Of a stretch of 64,000 bases of DNA, positions 16,996 to 26,525 are shown one piece after another. The stretch spans positions 13,270 to 77,269 of the forward strand of contig JBAZXO010000004.1 in NCBI GenBank assembly GCA_041659785.1. The letters are read 5' to 3'. Under the pieces are notes generated by a model. It searched no databases. It saw nothing but the letters and a program-made list of their open reading frames with translations, and was not told the DNA's origin. How positions within the stretch are numbered: position 1 is the first letter of the stretch; every line of letters begins with the position of its first letter. Source of the stretch: Minisyncoccota bacterium. GTDB taxonomy: Bacteria > Patescibacteriota > Minisyncoccia > Phycocordibacterales > UBA9973. The position numbers were made by a program, and so were the translations under genes.

Positions 16996-17193
16996 ATGGG
17001 AAAAGGAATGAAGACAAATAAATCATACAGCAAGAGATTAAAACTTACCAAGAACGGAAAGATTCTTTCTCGTAAACCTGGTTTTAACCATTTCAATGCT
17101 AAACAATCACGAAATTCACAGCTCGCTGGTCGCAAGGGTATGAGTTTTACAATCAAGAACAAACCTAAGAGTCATTTACTGCCTTTTTCATAA
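16996..17193 (+). CDS. rpmI: 50S ribosomal protein L35
   Basis: 65-aa basic protein immediately after infC in the conserved infC-rpmI-rplT order. Confidence 0.75.
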   Translation: MGKGMKTNKSYSKRLKLTKNGKILSRKPGFNHFNAKQSRNSQLAGRKGMSFTIKNKPKSHLLPFS

Positions 17194-17195
17194 GA

Positions 17196-17238
17196 CTTTA
17201 AAACTTTAAGGACTTTATAACTTTATAACTAAAATAAA
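17196..17238 (+). repeat. Family D AT-rich iteron leader (CTTTATAA periodicity) upstream of rplT
   Basis: ctttaaaaCTTTAAGGACTTTATAACTTTATAACtaaaat read directly. Confidence 0.6.
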
Positions 17239-17583
17239 ATGACAAGAGTAAAAAAGGGAGTACATGCGTTGAAGAGAAGAAGAAGTGTCTTGAAACAGAC
17301 CAAAGGAATGCGTCATGGACGCAGTACGAAGGAGCGACAGGCAAAGGAAGCCTTACTCCATGCTGGAAATTATTCTTTTGCGCACAGAAAAGACAAGAAG
17401 TCACACAATCGTAAACTTTGGAATATAAAGATAAATGCAGGTGCACGTGAGCTCGGTATGTCTTATTCAAAATTAATCGGTGCTCTTCACAAGAAGAACA
17501 TAATGCTTGATAGAAAGATATTATCCGACTTCGCAGAACATCACCCAAAAACATTCGCCAAAATTCTCGCAGCAGTACAATAA
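17239..17583 (+). CDS. rplT: 50S ribosomal protein L20
   Basis: MTRVKKGV...INAGARE..SYSKLIG matches L20. Confidence 0.9.
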   Translation: MTRVKKGVHALKRRRSVLKQTKGMRHGRSTKERQAKEALLHAGNYSFAHRKDKKSHNRKLWNIKINAGARELGMSYSKLIGALHKKNIMLDRKILSDFAEHHPKTFAKILAAVQ

Positions 17584-17590
17584 AAAATTA

Positions 17591-17651
17591 AAAAACACTT
17601 TTTAGAATGGTCTCCTGATTTTTTCCGAGGACCTTATAAAAAGTGTTTTTT
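17591..17651. terminator. Long bidirectional terminator hairpin
   Basis: AAAAACACTTTTTA...TAAAAAGTGTTTTTT 14-bp stem enclosing a second hairpin. Confidence 0.55.
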
Positions 17652-17657
17652 AATTTT

Positions 17658-18281
17658 TTATTTAGAATCAGAAACGGTGGGTCCGGTTATTTTATACTCA
17701 GTTATTTTATCTTTCTTAATAAGCACGATTATATCTTCTAAAAGCTTTTTAGGGTCAAGGCCTGTAACAATCTTTGCATTTGGTCGGTGTCCTTTCACAA
17801 TAATCTCTTCAAGCTCTGCTCCCATTTCCCATGGACCTTCAAAAATACCAATGGGTTTAGCATCTTCAAAAGCGACAGTAAATTCATGAATCGTGCCAAT
17901 ACGCCCACAGCCCAAAATGACTGCATCAGAAGAACGAGTTAAAAGTATGTCCCGTCCTGCATAGCCAAAGCCAGTATAAATAATTAAATCCATGTAATCG
18001 ATAGGAAGCTTGTAGACCTCTACGTGTTCACGCTCTGAAGCCGCTGGAGATACACCAATAGAAATTCCTCCTGCTTCTTTAGCCCCCATAGCAGTCCAAA
18101 GTGGAAAACCAGTAGTGGCCCCTGTCACGAGGACAGCCCCCTGACGAGCTATCTCACGGCCTAGTTCTTTTGCTTTATCAAGAGCGCCTATTCCGCAACT
18201 CCCTGTCTCTGCTGCTCCAGAAACACAAATTTTTATTTGGTTATGTCCGTGTTTAACGGGAAAATCAATTTTAGAATCCAT
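17658..18281 (-). CDS. LOG/TIGR00725-like Rossmann-fold protein
   Basis: KICVSGAAETG...LVTGATTG glycine-rich nucleotide-binding patterns; 207 aa. Confidence 0.4.
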   Translation of the reverse strand: MDSKIDFPVKHGHNQIKICVSGAAETGSCGIGALDKAKELGREIARQGAVLVTGATTGFPLWTAMGAKEAGGISIGVSPAASEREHVEVYKLPIDYMDLIIYTGFGYAGRDILLTRSSDAVILGCGRIGTIHEFTVAFEDAKPIGIFEGPWEMGAELEEIIVKGHRPNAKIVTGLDPKKLLEDIIVLIKKDKITEYKITGPTVSDSK

Positions 18282-18370
18282 GAATTTAGTTCTTAAAGTT
18301 TATAATGTTATAAAGTTTATAAAGTATTTTCTTGATGACTTTATGAACTTGATTACTTTCAACTGTTTCA
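18282..18370. repeat. Family D 85-nt AT-rich repeat, copy 1, filling the intergenic spacer
   Basis: About 90% identical to 29420-29496. Contains the phased iterons AAGTTTATAA/TGTTATAAAG/TTTATAAAG. Confidence 0.8.
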
Positions 18371-18381
18371 TTATATATGAT

Positions 18382-19746
18382 TTAGCAAGATAATGAAACG
18401 GTGTCCCCTCTCTCTGGAGCATAAGCTTCAATACCTAAATTGTCTCTTAGCTTCTGAACCAGGAACATTGATGATTTTGGTTCACCCATAACTACAAAAA
18501 CTTTTTTAATCTTATCTTGGGTATCTTCCACAAAATTTAATAAATGATCTGAATCTTTATGTCCTGAATATCCTAAAATAGTAACCACATGCGCTCTGAC
18601 GACTACTTCTTCACCTGTAATACGAACCTTTTTTATTCCTTCTTGAATCAAGCGCCCTGGAGTACCTACTGATTGATACCCAGCCAGAAGAAGTGTATTG
18701 TTTGGGTCTGGTAGATAATGCCTTTCATGATGCACAATACGCCCACCAGTAGACATGCCACTCCCAGCAATGACTATTTTTGGATTTGGCACATTGCCAA
18801 TCATCTTAGACTCTTCTGATTTAAGAGTACTGTGAAGTCCTGGGAAATCAAACAAATATTTATCGTGAGACATCGCTTTTTGCGCATTTTCATTAAAATA
18901 ACTTCTGTATTGTTTAAAAACATCAGTCAAGCGAATAGCGAGTGGAGAATCAAGAAAAATAGGCATAACTGGTATCCTATCATTTTCCACCAAGGCATCG
19001 AGCTCAAATAGAAGCTCTTGCGAACGCTCAAGTGAGAAAGTGGGGATGATTAATGTTCCTTTCCTCTTATAATTATCTTCAATCGTTTCTTCTAAATATT
19101 TCCTTCGCTCATCTCTAGACTCGTGATTTCGGTCTCCATAAACAGATTCCATTATCAAATAATCTATATCGGTGATTTTATCTGTGTCTGGAAGAATCGG
19201 AGATGGACTATTTCCTAAATCCCCAGTAAAGAGAATTTTCTTGCCATTATAAAGAAATTCAACCATTGCCGAACCTAATATGTGCCCAGCATTCAATAGA
19301 TTAACTTGTAAATTTTCTGTAATTTTTATTGTCTGATGATAAGGAAAACCTTGCCACAAACTTAATACTAATTTAATATTTTCTTCAGAATAAATTTTAT
19401 CCAGCCCTAGGTCTGTATTTTTACCCAAGATACCTGCTGTATCTTCGAGCATGGGTCCTGCGAGTCCTCTAGTAGGTTCTGTAGAATAAATTTTCCCACG
19501 AAACCCTTCACTAATTAATTTGGGAATTCTCCCCAAATGATCGACGTGTGCATGAGTTACAAAAAGAATATCTATCCCCTTAGGGTCATATTTAAAAGGT
19601 TCCCAGTTTACATCATCAGCTAATTTTTCCCCTTGGGTAAGACCGCAATCAACTAAAATTTTCTTACCATCAATCTCTAAGAGAAAATTTGCACCTGTTA
19701 CAGTACCTGTCCCTCCATAAAATGTCACCTTGGCTGTTTTTTCCAT
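18382..19746 (-). CDS. Metallo-beta-lactamase-fold beta-CASP ribonuclease (RNase J/CPSF-like)
   Basis: HAHVDHLG (HxHxDH) motif; 454 aa, a length typical of beta-CASP RNases. Confidence 0.55.
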   Translation of the reverse strand: MEKTAKVTFYGGTGTVTGANFLLEIDGKKILVDCGLTQGEKLADDVNWEPFKYDPKGIDILFVTHAHVDHLGRIPKLISEGFRGKIYSTEPTRGLAGPMLEDTAGILGKNTDLGLDKIYSEENIKLVLSLWQGFPYHQTIKITENLQVNLLNAGHILGSAMVEFLYNGKKILFTGDLGNSPSPILPDTDKITDIDYLIMESVYGDRNHESRDERRKYLEETIEDNYKRKGTLIIPTFSLERSQELLFELDALVENDRIPVMPIFLDSPLAIRLTDVFKQYRSYFNENAQKAMSHDKYLFDFPGLHSTLKSEESKMIGNVPNPKIVIAGSGMSTGGRIVHHERHYLPDPNNTLLLAGYQSVGTPGRLIQEGIKKVRITGEEVVVRAHVVTILGYSGHKDSDHLLNFVEDTQDKIKKVFVVMGEPKSSMFLVQKLRDNLGIEAYAPERGDTVSLSC

Positions 19747-19753
19747 TAGTTAA

Positions 19754-20170
19754 TTATACAGTATTTTTTGTAATTAATATAATCCCATTTTTTAAATAAA
19801 AAAAATAAAATATTGCAAAAGTTCCCCCAGCAAGATCAAAGAAAATGTCTGAAATGGTGTCCAGGGTATTGAAAAGCATTTGAGCAATAATATTATTAAA
19901 TAAAATTTCAAAAATTTCCCAAGAAACTCCAATTATTAAAACACCAAGCAAAATTTTAAAAATTAATTTCAGAGAAAGTTCCAAGGATAAATCTTTATAA
20001 GATAAAATCCAGATCATAGACAACCCAAGGAAAAGTCCTCCCAAGAAATGCATCGGCATATCAAAATACCAAATAGAAACGTACCAATACAACTTCGTAG
20101 CGATGTAATTGAGTATAAAAATTAAAACAATAAGGCGTGCCAGGGTTTTAAAAAGTCTTTTTCTGTCCAT
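19754..20170 (-). CDS. Hypothetical integral membrane protein (start taken at the internal Met of ORF 19754..20299)
   Basis: Hydrophobic helices begin after MDRKRLF. The upstream part of the ORF lacks coding character. Confidence 0.3.
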   Translation of the reverse strand: MDRKRLFKTLARLIVLIFILNYIATKLYWYVSIWYFDMPMHFLGGLFLGLSMIWILSYKDLSLELSLKLIFKILLGVLIIGVSWEIFEILFNNIIAQMLFNTLDTISDIFFDLAGGTFAIFYFFYLKNGIILITKNTV

Positions 20171-20432
20171 ATTTAAACATTTTACCCTATTTACAAGAAA
20201 AAATCCGCAAGGGTGCGGAGTTCTTCTTAGGACTATTTCAGATGTATTACCATAGCTTATAGCTAAGTGGGTGTTAGACGTTTGAAGCCAAGGCGTCAAT
20301 CGATCGAAACTCCCATAAATTAGTGTTCTAGGTAATATTCGGAAATAACCCTACTGAAAGTATATCCCCTTTAAAACTTTCTGCAACAGCTTTTTTAAAG
20401 AAACACGAATCTAAGAAAAAAACAAGTTTGAC

Positions 20433-20963
20433 TTAAGAGCGTTTGTGGGCTTTAGTGGTTTGAGTAAATTTTTCATGAACGTTTTCATATTCAAAAAGTT
20501 CATTTTCAGAAAACCAGTGAGCAATCTCAGCTTTTGCTTCATTTGAATCACCAGAAGCGTGCAAAATATTAGGCAAACCAATTCCTTGCTCATCGGCATG
20601 CTTAAAACTCATGTGAGAATAATCTCCTCTAATGGTTCCAGGGACGGCACTTTTGGATTCCGTAGGTCCAACCATCTTTCGAACAATAGTAACTGCTTCA
20701 ATGCCCTCGAGAACAAAAGCAATCACTGGACCAGATTGCATCATTTCAACTGTAGTATCAAAAATCTTCTGTCCGTGACGAGAAATCATTGTACCAATCT
20801 TTTCATAATGGTGAAAAAAGAAATCTGTATCTGGTTGCAGCATTTTTGCTCCGATAATTTTGAGTCCAACTTTTTCAAATCTAGACAATATTTCACCCAC
20901 TATCCCTCTCTGTACTGAATCGGGTTTAAAAACGATAAGAGTTCTTTCTTGTATCATAAACAT
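20433..20963 (-). CDS. ndk: Nucleoside diphosphate kinase
   Basis: ERTLIVFKPD..GEI..RFE, NILHASGD and catalytic His context. Confidence 0.85.
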   Translation of the reverse strand: MFMIQERTLIVFKPDSVQRGIVGEILSRFEKVGLKIIGAKMLQPDTDFFFHHYEKIGTMISRHGQKIFDTTVEMMQSGPVIAFVLEGIEAVTIVRKMVGPTESKSAVPGTIRGDYSHMSFKHADEQGIGLPNILHASGDSNEAKAEIAHWFSENELFEYENVHEKFTQTTKAHKRS

Positions 20964-21017
20964 TTAAATTAAAATTGTAATAAACGCATCTTAGCAGATT
21001 TAAGACAATTACTCAAA

Positions 21018-23783
21018 CTATTCCATAGAGGAATACCTCGCCATGATTTCAGCCTCTACTTCTTCCCTATTGCGGCCGTATTTTATATACGAAAGTTCTT
21101 TCAAACTATCTACAATATCAGGATTTCCTTTCTCTGCATCTAAGGTTCTTAAGTTAAATGGTTTTACTGGCTGTCCGTTCACAAGCATGTTTACATAAGC
21201 ATTACGATTATCAAGCTTAGTAATATCAGCAGCGGTAAATTGAGGTTTAAATTTTGGCTCCAAAAATGTCGCATCTTCAGTACCGACACGAAATACAGCC
21301 ATCGAGCCGACGTTTCCGAAAACTGCATTTTTTATTTTTTCATCAAGCTGACTTATATATTGATGTGCAATGTTAAGAGAAAGTCTATATTTTCGAGCTT
21401 CAGACAATATAGAAGAGATGGATTCAGTCGTAACATTTTGAAACTCATCGATATATAGATAAAAATCATTCATTGGCTTACCGAACATATCTACTCGAGA
21501 AAGTGCAGCCATTTGAATCTTCCCCACGAGCACCAGACCAATCAAATTTGCATTTATATCACCGAGCCTACCTTTAGAAAGATTCACTAACAAAATTTTC
21601 TTCTCATCCATTATTTTTCTAAAATTAAAAACAGAATTCTGCTGGAGGACGACTGGGCGCATGATGTCGTTGCTGATAAAGTTGTCAAACTTTGATGAAA
21701 TATAAGGAACGAAGTTCGCTAAAGATTGATCCCCAGATGTTTGCTCTGCAGAAACCCAGAATTGTTTGATGATTGGATTCTTACACTTAGCAAGTTTCAT
21801 ATCACGAAATTCTTTGTCCGCCAAAACACGTGTAATCTCAAGTAGGGTCGAGCCGGATTCTGGATCTTCCATCACTAAAAATGCACTATTTCTAAAATAT
21901 TGCTCAAACATTGCTCCTCCACCTACTTTCATATCAAAAAGTTTATTAAAGATACCCATCATTTCGTTTACCACAAATGTCTTCTGTTCTGGATATTTAG
22001 GATCATACTCAAGCATATTTAGACCCATAGGGCGTGCAGTATATGCAGGGTCAAAATATATGACATCATCAATACGCTCCTTGGGAATACGAGACAAAAT
22101 AGTCTGGATGTCGGTGCCGTGTGGATCAATATAACAGCACCCATCTCCATTTCGGATGTCTTGGGTTATCATATTGAGCATAATATTCGTCTTTCCTGTA
22201 CCTGTCTGACCTATGACATAGAAATGCCTCATACGATCTTCACGGGACATATGTATCTCTGTATCTTTACCTCTGTAACTATTTACTCCAAGCACTATAC
22301 CCTCCTGCCCCATTTCTATTGGTGCTGGAGCAATGCCGGCTTTTGCTTCTTTTAATTGTGGCTGACCACTGAGACCAACTGGGAAATGAAAGACTGAAGC
22401 GAGTTCTTTTAAATTCATTGGTAGTACATTGTCGGAAGAAAAAGTACGATAAGAAAAATCATGAAAAAGCTTTTTCAATTCACTCCCGTGAACTTCTTCA
22501 AAGACAAAAGAATTACTTGCGGCTTCAGAAAATTGATTAAATGAGGATTCTATTTCTTTTAATATACCCTCTGCTCGTTCTCTACTTTCCCCTGAAGCAA
22601 TCACGCGAATATTTGCTTTCATGATGCTGCTTTTTATTTTGTTACCAATTTTTTCAACGGCACCTTCATCTACTGCACGTCTGCCTTTCATATATTTCTC
22701 CTTTTTTTCTTCTTCTTTTTCTTTTTTACCAAACAATAACTCCTTGGACGCTTTAAAAAAGGCATGATTAAATTTGTAATAATTGTCAGCAGCATGCTTA
22801 ACAGAAATGCCATCCTTAACATCATCTAGGACGGTGTGAAATTCATTTATAAACTTATCCCCAGCGGGGGCAATGACAATCTGTATGGCTGCACCTTCTC
22901 CTGCTGTATTTAATTTAGAGAAAACATTTAAGATCGTATTCATAGGGTCGTGGTCAATGTTGTCATATGTCTTAATCGGCATTACAATCCTCTCCGTAAA
23001 AGAAGCATAAGCACCGACTGAGCCACCGTTTTCATTAAATACATTATAGTCATCTGATACTTCACGAATTTTTGCATTATGATAAAAAGCTAAAATTTGT
23101 TTTTCAAAAAGTGAAAGGTGCTTATTCGGTATTGCTGCATAAACTACGACTTCATCGCTCTGATTTCCGAGAGCTATTTCTAATGTGAAATAATTTTCTT
23201 TTTCATTATTTTTTCCTATAGATATAGACTGCATCCCTGCATAAAATTGCTCCATCGCTCCAATGAATTCTTTGAAATTTTTTGTTTTATCTGCTTCTTC
23301 TGTTGGTGGAGGAAGAGTAATTTCAAAAAGCGTCATATTGAGGGCTTTATAAATAGGTGAATCTTCTTTGAAGTCCAACCTTACTTGTCCTGTCTTTAAA
23401 TACTGTATGAGGATTCTATGAAAATCATCATCCACGTGCGGATTGTCCATCGCCTCTACGATAGATAAAGCATTCCTAACTCCTTTAGTAATGACAATAC
23501 CCAGGAGCTCTTCCATGATACTGTCATGAGGTTCTGGTTTGAGTTTAAGGATTATACCTTCTGTCTCTCTTCTGCTCATAATATTATCCTTATGAACAAA
23601 TTGCTCTGTTGGTAGTTTCTTGTATTCACCAATCACCTCTCCTATCGCACTTTCTTGTGCATGTTCCACATGTCCGATATTTATGAGTTGCTCCTCTCGA
23701 GCCTTCACGTGAGCACGCAAATAATCAAGCTCCTCTTCTGGAGACTTGAACTTAGGCATTTCTTTAAAAAATGATCCTTCCAT
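21018..23783 (-). CDS. Large soluble P-loop ATPase with a VirD4/TraG/TrwB-like (type IV coupling protein family) C-terminal domain and an unassigned ~500-aa N-terminal region
   Basis: GQTGTGKT Walker A, YIDPHGT (DPKG-like), YIDEFQN Walker B and RKYRLSLNIAHQYISQL. No TM helices. Confidence 0.45.
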   Translation of the reverse strand: MEGSFFKEMPKFKSPEEELDYLRAHVKAREEQLINIGHVEHAQESAIGEVIGEYKKLPTEQFVHKDNIMSRRETEGIILKLKPEPHDSIMEELLGIVITKGVRNALSIVEAMDNPHVDDDFHRILIQYLKTGQVRLDFKEDSPIYKALNMTLFEITLPPPTEEADKTKNFKEFIGAMEQFYAGMQSISIGKNNEKENYFTLEIALGNQSDEVVVYAAIPNKHLSLFEKQILAFYHNAKIREVSDDYNVFNENGGSVGAYASFTERIVMPIKTYDNIDHDPMNTILNVFSKLNTAGEGAAIQIVIAPAGDKFINEFHTVLDDVKDGISVKHAADNYYKFNHAFFKASKELLFGKKEKEEEKKEKYMKGRRAVDEGAVEKIGNKIKSSIMKANIRVIASGESRERAEGILKEIESSFNQFSEAASNSFVFEEVHGSELKKLFHDFSYRTFSSDNVLPMNLKELASVFHFPVGLSGQPQLKEAKAGIAPAPIEMGQEGIVLGVNSYRGKDTEIHMSREDRMRHFYVIGQTGTGKTNIMLNMITQDIRNGDGCCYIDPHGTDIQTILSRIPKERIDDVIYFDPAYTARPMGLNMLEYDPKYPEQKTFVVNEMMGIFNKLFDMKVGGGAMFEQYFRNSAFLVMEDPESGSTLLEITRVLADKEFRDMKLAKCKNPIIKQFWVSAEQTSGDQSLANFVPYISSKFDNFISNDIMRPVVLQQNSVFNFRKIMDEKKILLVNLSKGRLGDINANLIGLVLVGKIQMAALSRVDMFGKPMNDFYLYIDEFQNVTTESISSILSEARKYRLSLNIAHQYISQLDEKIKNAVFGNVGSMAVFRVGTEDATFLEPKFKPQFTAADITKLDNRNAYVNMLVNGQPVKPFNLRTLDAEKGNPDIVDSLKELSYIKYGRNREEVEAEIMARYSSME

Positions 23784-23811
23784 TAGACTAATTATACAAT
23801 AAATAGAACAA

Positions 23812-23893
23812 TTTAGGAAAATACTTTTTCTCAGGTCCTCGGTTCTCCGGGTCCCTATCCCGGCCAGACCATTCTAAAAAGTATTTTCCTAAA
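23812..23893. repeat. Structured element: 18-bp AT stem enclosing GC-rich nested hairpins
   Basis: TTTAGGAAAATACTTTTT...AAAAAGTATTTTCCTAAA with an inner CCGGG/CCCGG and GGTC/GACC. Confidence 0.65.
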
Positions 23894-23907
23894 TTTGTTT
23901 TAAATTT

Positions 23908-24903
23908 TTACAAACAAGTGTAAGCAATAGTATCTGTAGCATTTCCAGTTATAGTAAGAGTCGTTCCAGAAACAACAGCCCTCGTAGCAAATATACCTGT
24001 AGTGTCTGTGGCAGTACAAATAGCACCTGTAGCAACGGTAATCGATGCACAGCTAGTACCAAGTACGCAGGTACCTTTATTTAAGGCACTACCAACACTT
24101 AAGCTTCCCTCAAGGGTGTTTTTAGAAGTTGCTCCAGCTGAATAAATATTCCATTTATTTGTTCCTTTATTTTGATCTTGAATATATAATCCATATGCAT
24201 TAGTGATATTATTAGTATTAACTCCATTACCATCATTGCTTGGAGATTCAACAAAAATACCATATGCATTTGTTGCATTACCAGAACCAAGGTTAGCATA
24301 AACAAATTCACCTCCTTTTAAGTTCGTAACTATTCCTACTCCTGAGTTGTGGGCTGATCCCACTATACTTTTTAAACTAGTGATAGTTCCACTCCCCAAG
24401 TGATCAGTACCACTTGCAACACCGTTTATTTGATTCAAATTCCCAACATAAGCAGAATCCGTTGCAGAATATAAGTCTATACCATTAAATGCCATTGAAG
24501 GCTGACTAACGGTAAAATTAGCAAATGCCACAATTCCCAAATTATCATAATAAGAACCGTCCCCTAGTGGTGCTGTAACAGTATCTATCAATTGATTACG
24601 TACATTATAAACAGAGTGATTTAAGTCTTTGCCGTTCCCTAACAATAAAGCGTTTCCCTGAATGTCACCCGCAACATGAAGCTTACTCGTTGGTGTAATT
24701 CCAACACCTACGTTTCCACTTCCAGTAATGATATTTCCATTATTTGTAGTCTGTAATGATAAAGCATTCCCTGCACCTACATCTATGGTAGACGCAGCTG
24801 TACCTGTGATAGCGGTAGAACTAAATGTTAATGATGCTAAAGCTTTTGTTGCACCCAATATAACTAAACTAAACACAAGAATACTTAATATTTTTTTATT
24901 CAT
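23908..24903 (-). CDS. Secreted Gly/Thr/Asn-rich beta-helical repeat protein (tail-fibre/adhesin-like)
   Basis: Signal peptide, then repeated GN.G.G.T motifs and a KLHVAGD motif common in fibre-like proteins. Confidence 0.4.
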   Translation of the reverse strand: MNKKILSILVFSLVILGATKALASLTFSSTAITGTAASTIDVGAGNALSLQTTNNGNIITGSGNVGVGITPTSKLHVAGDIQGNALLLGNGKDLNHSVYNVRNQLIDTVTAPLGDGSYYDNLGIVAFANFTVSQPSMAFNGIDLYSATDSAYVGNLNQINGVASGTDHLGSGTITSLKSIVGSAHNSGVGIVTNLKGGEFVYANLGSGNATNAYGIFVESPSNDGNGVNTNNITNAYGLYIQDQNKGTNKWNIYSAGATSKNTLEGSLSVGSALNKGTCVLGTSCASITVATGAICTATDTTGIFATRAVVSGTTLTITGNATDTIAYTCL

Positions 24904-24982
24904 GATATAAAAATTAAATTAATAAATTGATCTTTTAATTATAACCCCTCTCTGAAATCTTCGGAAATGTAAGGTGGATAAC

Positions 24983-25756
24983 TTAAACTTTAGTTAAAAT
25001 TTCTGGCTCATCCTCAGTAATCAGGATAGTATGTTCGAAATGTGCGCTATTTTTATGGTCAGCGGTGCGTATAGTATAACCATCTTCATCTATCGTCACA
25101 TTTTTTGTTCCCATATTTAACATTGGCTCTAAGGCAACAATCATTCCAGGTACGAGCTTCGCCCCTGTACCCTTTTTACCAAAGTTCGGTATATATGGGT
25201 CCTCGTGAATTTCTTTTCCCACCCCGTGTCCAGAGAGAACTTCCACAATGCCGTATTTAACATTCTGAGCACGCACGAAACTTTCTATTGCATGACCAAT
25301 GTCCCCTATCCTGTTTCCATTGCGAGCTGCATCGATACCTACTTGCAGAGACTCCTCAGTAATCTTCATAAGTTTCAAATTTGCATCACTTACTTTCCCC
25401 ACAGGCACAGTGAGAGCCATATCAGAAAAAAGTCCACGGTGCTTCACCCCTAAATCAATCGAGACGATGTCTCCTTCTTTTAAAATTCTTTTCTTACTCG
25501 GAATACCGTGTACAACTTCATCATTTACAGAAACACACAAAGAAGCTGGAAAAGGTTTACTTGCTCCATCCGGACGATAATTTAAAAATGCCGGAGTATC
25601 CCCCATCTCACGGATTAATTTCTCAGCATATAAATCTAAATCTTTCGTAGAAATACCAGGCTTTATTATATCCCTAACCTTATAAAGAACGGTCGCCAAA
25701 TGCTGGCAACTTTCTCGAATTATTTCTATTTCTTCTTTTGTTTTAATTATTATCAT
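24983..25756 (-). CDS. map: Methionine aminopeptidase type I
   Basis: 257 aa with the pita-bread fold metal ligand pattern (D..D..H..E..E context) and HGIP. Confidence 0.85.
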   Translation of the reverse strand: MIIIKTKEEIEIIRESCQHLATVLYKVRDIIKPGISTKDLDLYAEKLIREMGDTPAFLNYRPDGASKPFPASLCVSVNDEVVHGIPSKKRILKEGDIVSIDLGVKHRGLFSDMALTVPVGKVSDANLKLMKITEESLQVGIDAARNGNRIGDIGHAIESFVRAQNVKYGIVEVLSGHGVGKEIHEDPYIPNFGKKGTGAKLVPGMIVALEPMLNMGTKNVTIDEDGYTIRTADHKNSAHFEHTILITEDEPEILTKV

Positions 25757-25765
25757 AATTTAAGA

Positions 25766-25834
25766 CCTCACCCCGTCTGCCGTTGCATCCACCCCTCTCC
25801 ATAATTTAATTATGGAGAGGGGAAAGGGGTGAGG
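25766..25834. repeat. Family B GC-rich compound palindrome, copy 1
   Basis: CCTCACCCC...CCCCTCTCCATAATTtAATTATGGAGAGGGG...GGGGTGAGG. Confidence 0.8.
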
Positions 25835-25840
25835 TAAACC

Positions 25841-26521
25841 TCAGCTAATAGTCGTCCCCATAAACTTCTCCCCATTCAAACACTTGTCTAAGTTATCAAT
25901 CGACTTACCATTCATGATAAACACCGTCATCCCCTCTTCTTGCGCCATTTTAGAGGCAATAGGGTCAAATGGTGAGTTCAATCCAGGATTCCATTCTTTG
26001 GGTATAATAGCACGATAATTATCCCATGAAATTTGCTCAATCTTTTTAGCATTAGAATTTATATTGGGATCAGAATCATACACGTAGTCAGTATTTGATA
26101 AATTTATTATCTTTTTAGCACCTAATTGTTTACCCAATACCACAGCAACATAGTCTGTGCTCCATCCAGGCTTCCATCCTCCCCCAACGATTATAGGTCT
26201 CTCTACTTTAATGGGTGACGTAGGGTCAATGATTATTTCTCTTTCTGCTTTGTCTCCAAATAAAATTTTCACAAATTCTGCGTTGAACCGTGTTGAAAAA
26301 ATTCCAAGCCAATCTAAATCTTCAGAAGTAGGTTTTTCTATTTTTCTAAGAACGTCCTGATATCTTCTACAAATTTTCCCTCCCCCTGTGATAATTACAA
26401 ATTTTTTACCTCTTTTTACATTAGCTAAAATTAAATTTTTGAATTCTTCTAAGAAATTAACGTCAATTTCATCAGGAATAATCAATGAACCACCCAATGA
26501 GATAACGATTGTTTCTTCCAT
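25841..26521 (-). CDS. Amino-acid-kinase-family protein, probable UMP kinase (archaeal-type, short)
   Basis: IVISLGGSLI ... VIITGGG; 226 aa. Adjacent to adk and cmk. Confidence 0.5.
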   Translation of the reverse strand: MEETIVISLGGSLIIPDEIDVNFLEEFKNLILANVKRGKKFVIITGGGKICRRYQDVLRKIEKPTSEDLDWLGIFSTRFNAEFVKILFGDKAEREIIIDPTSPIKVERPIIVGGGWKPGWSTDYVAVVLGKQLGAKKIINLSNTDYVYDSDPNINSNAKKIEQISWDNYRAIIPKEWNPGLNSPFDPIASKMAQEEGMTVFIMNGKSIDNLDKCLNGEKFMGTTIS

Positions 26522-26525
26522 AATA

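Noticed and set aside
20171-20432. 260-nt intergenic region between ndk and a membrane-protein gene, with a CCGCA-aggg-TGCGG hairpin and ATAGCTTATAGCTAA
   Set aside because: - I looked for SRP RNA, 6S or RNase P signatures and found none.
- Without covariance-model tools I cannot support an ncRNA call.
- The upstream part of ORF 19754..20299 that covers it lacks coding character.
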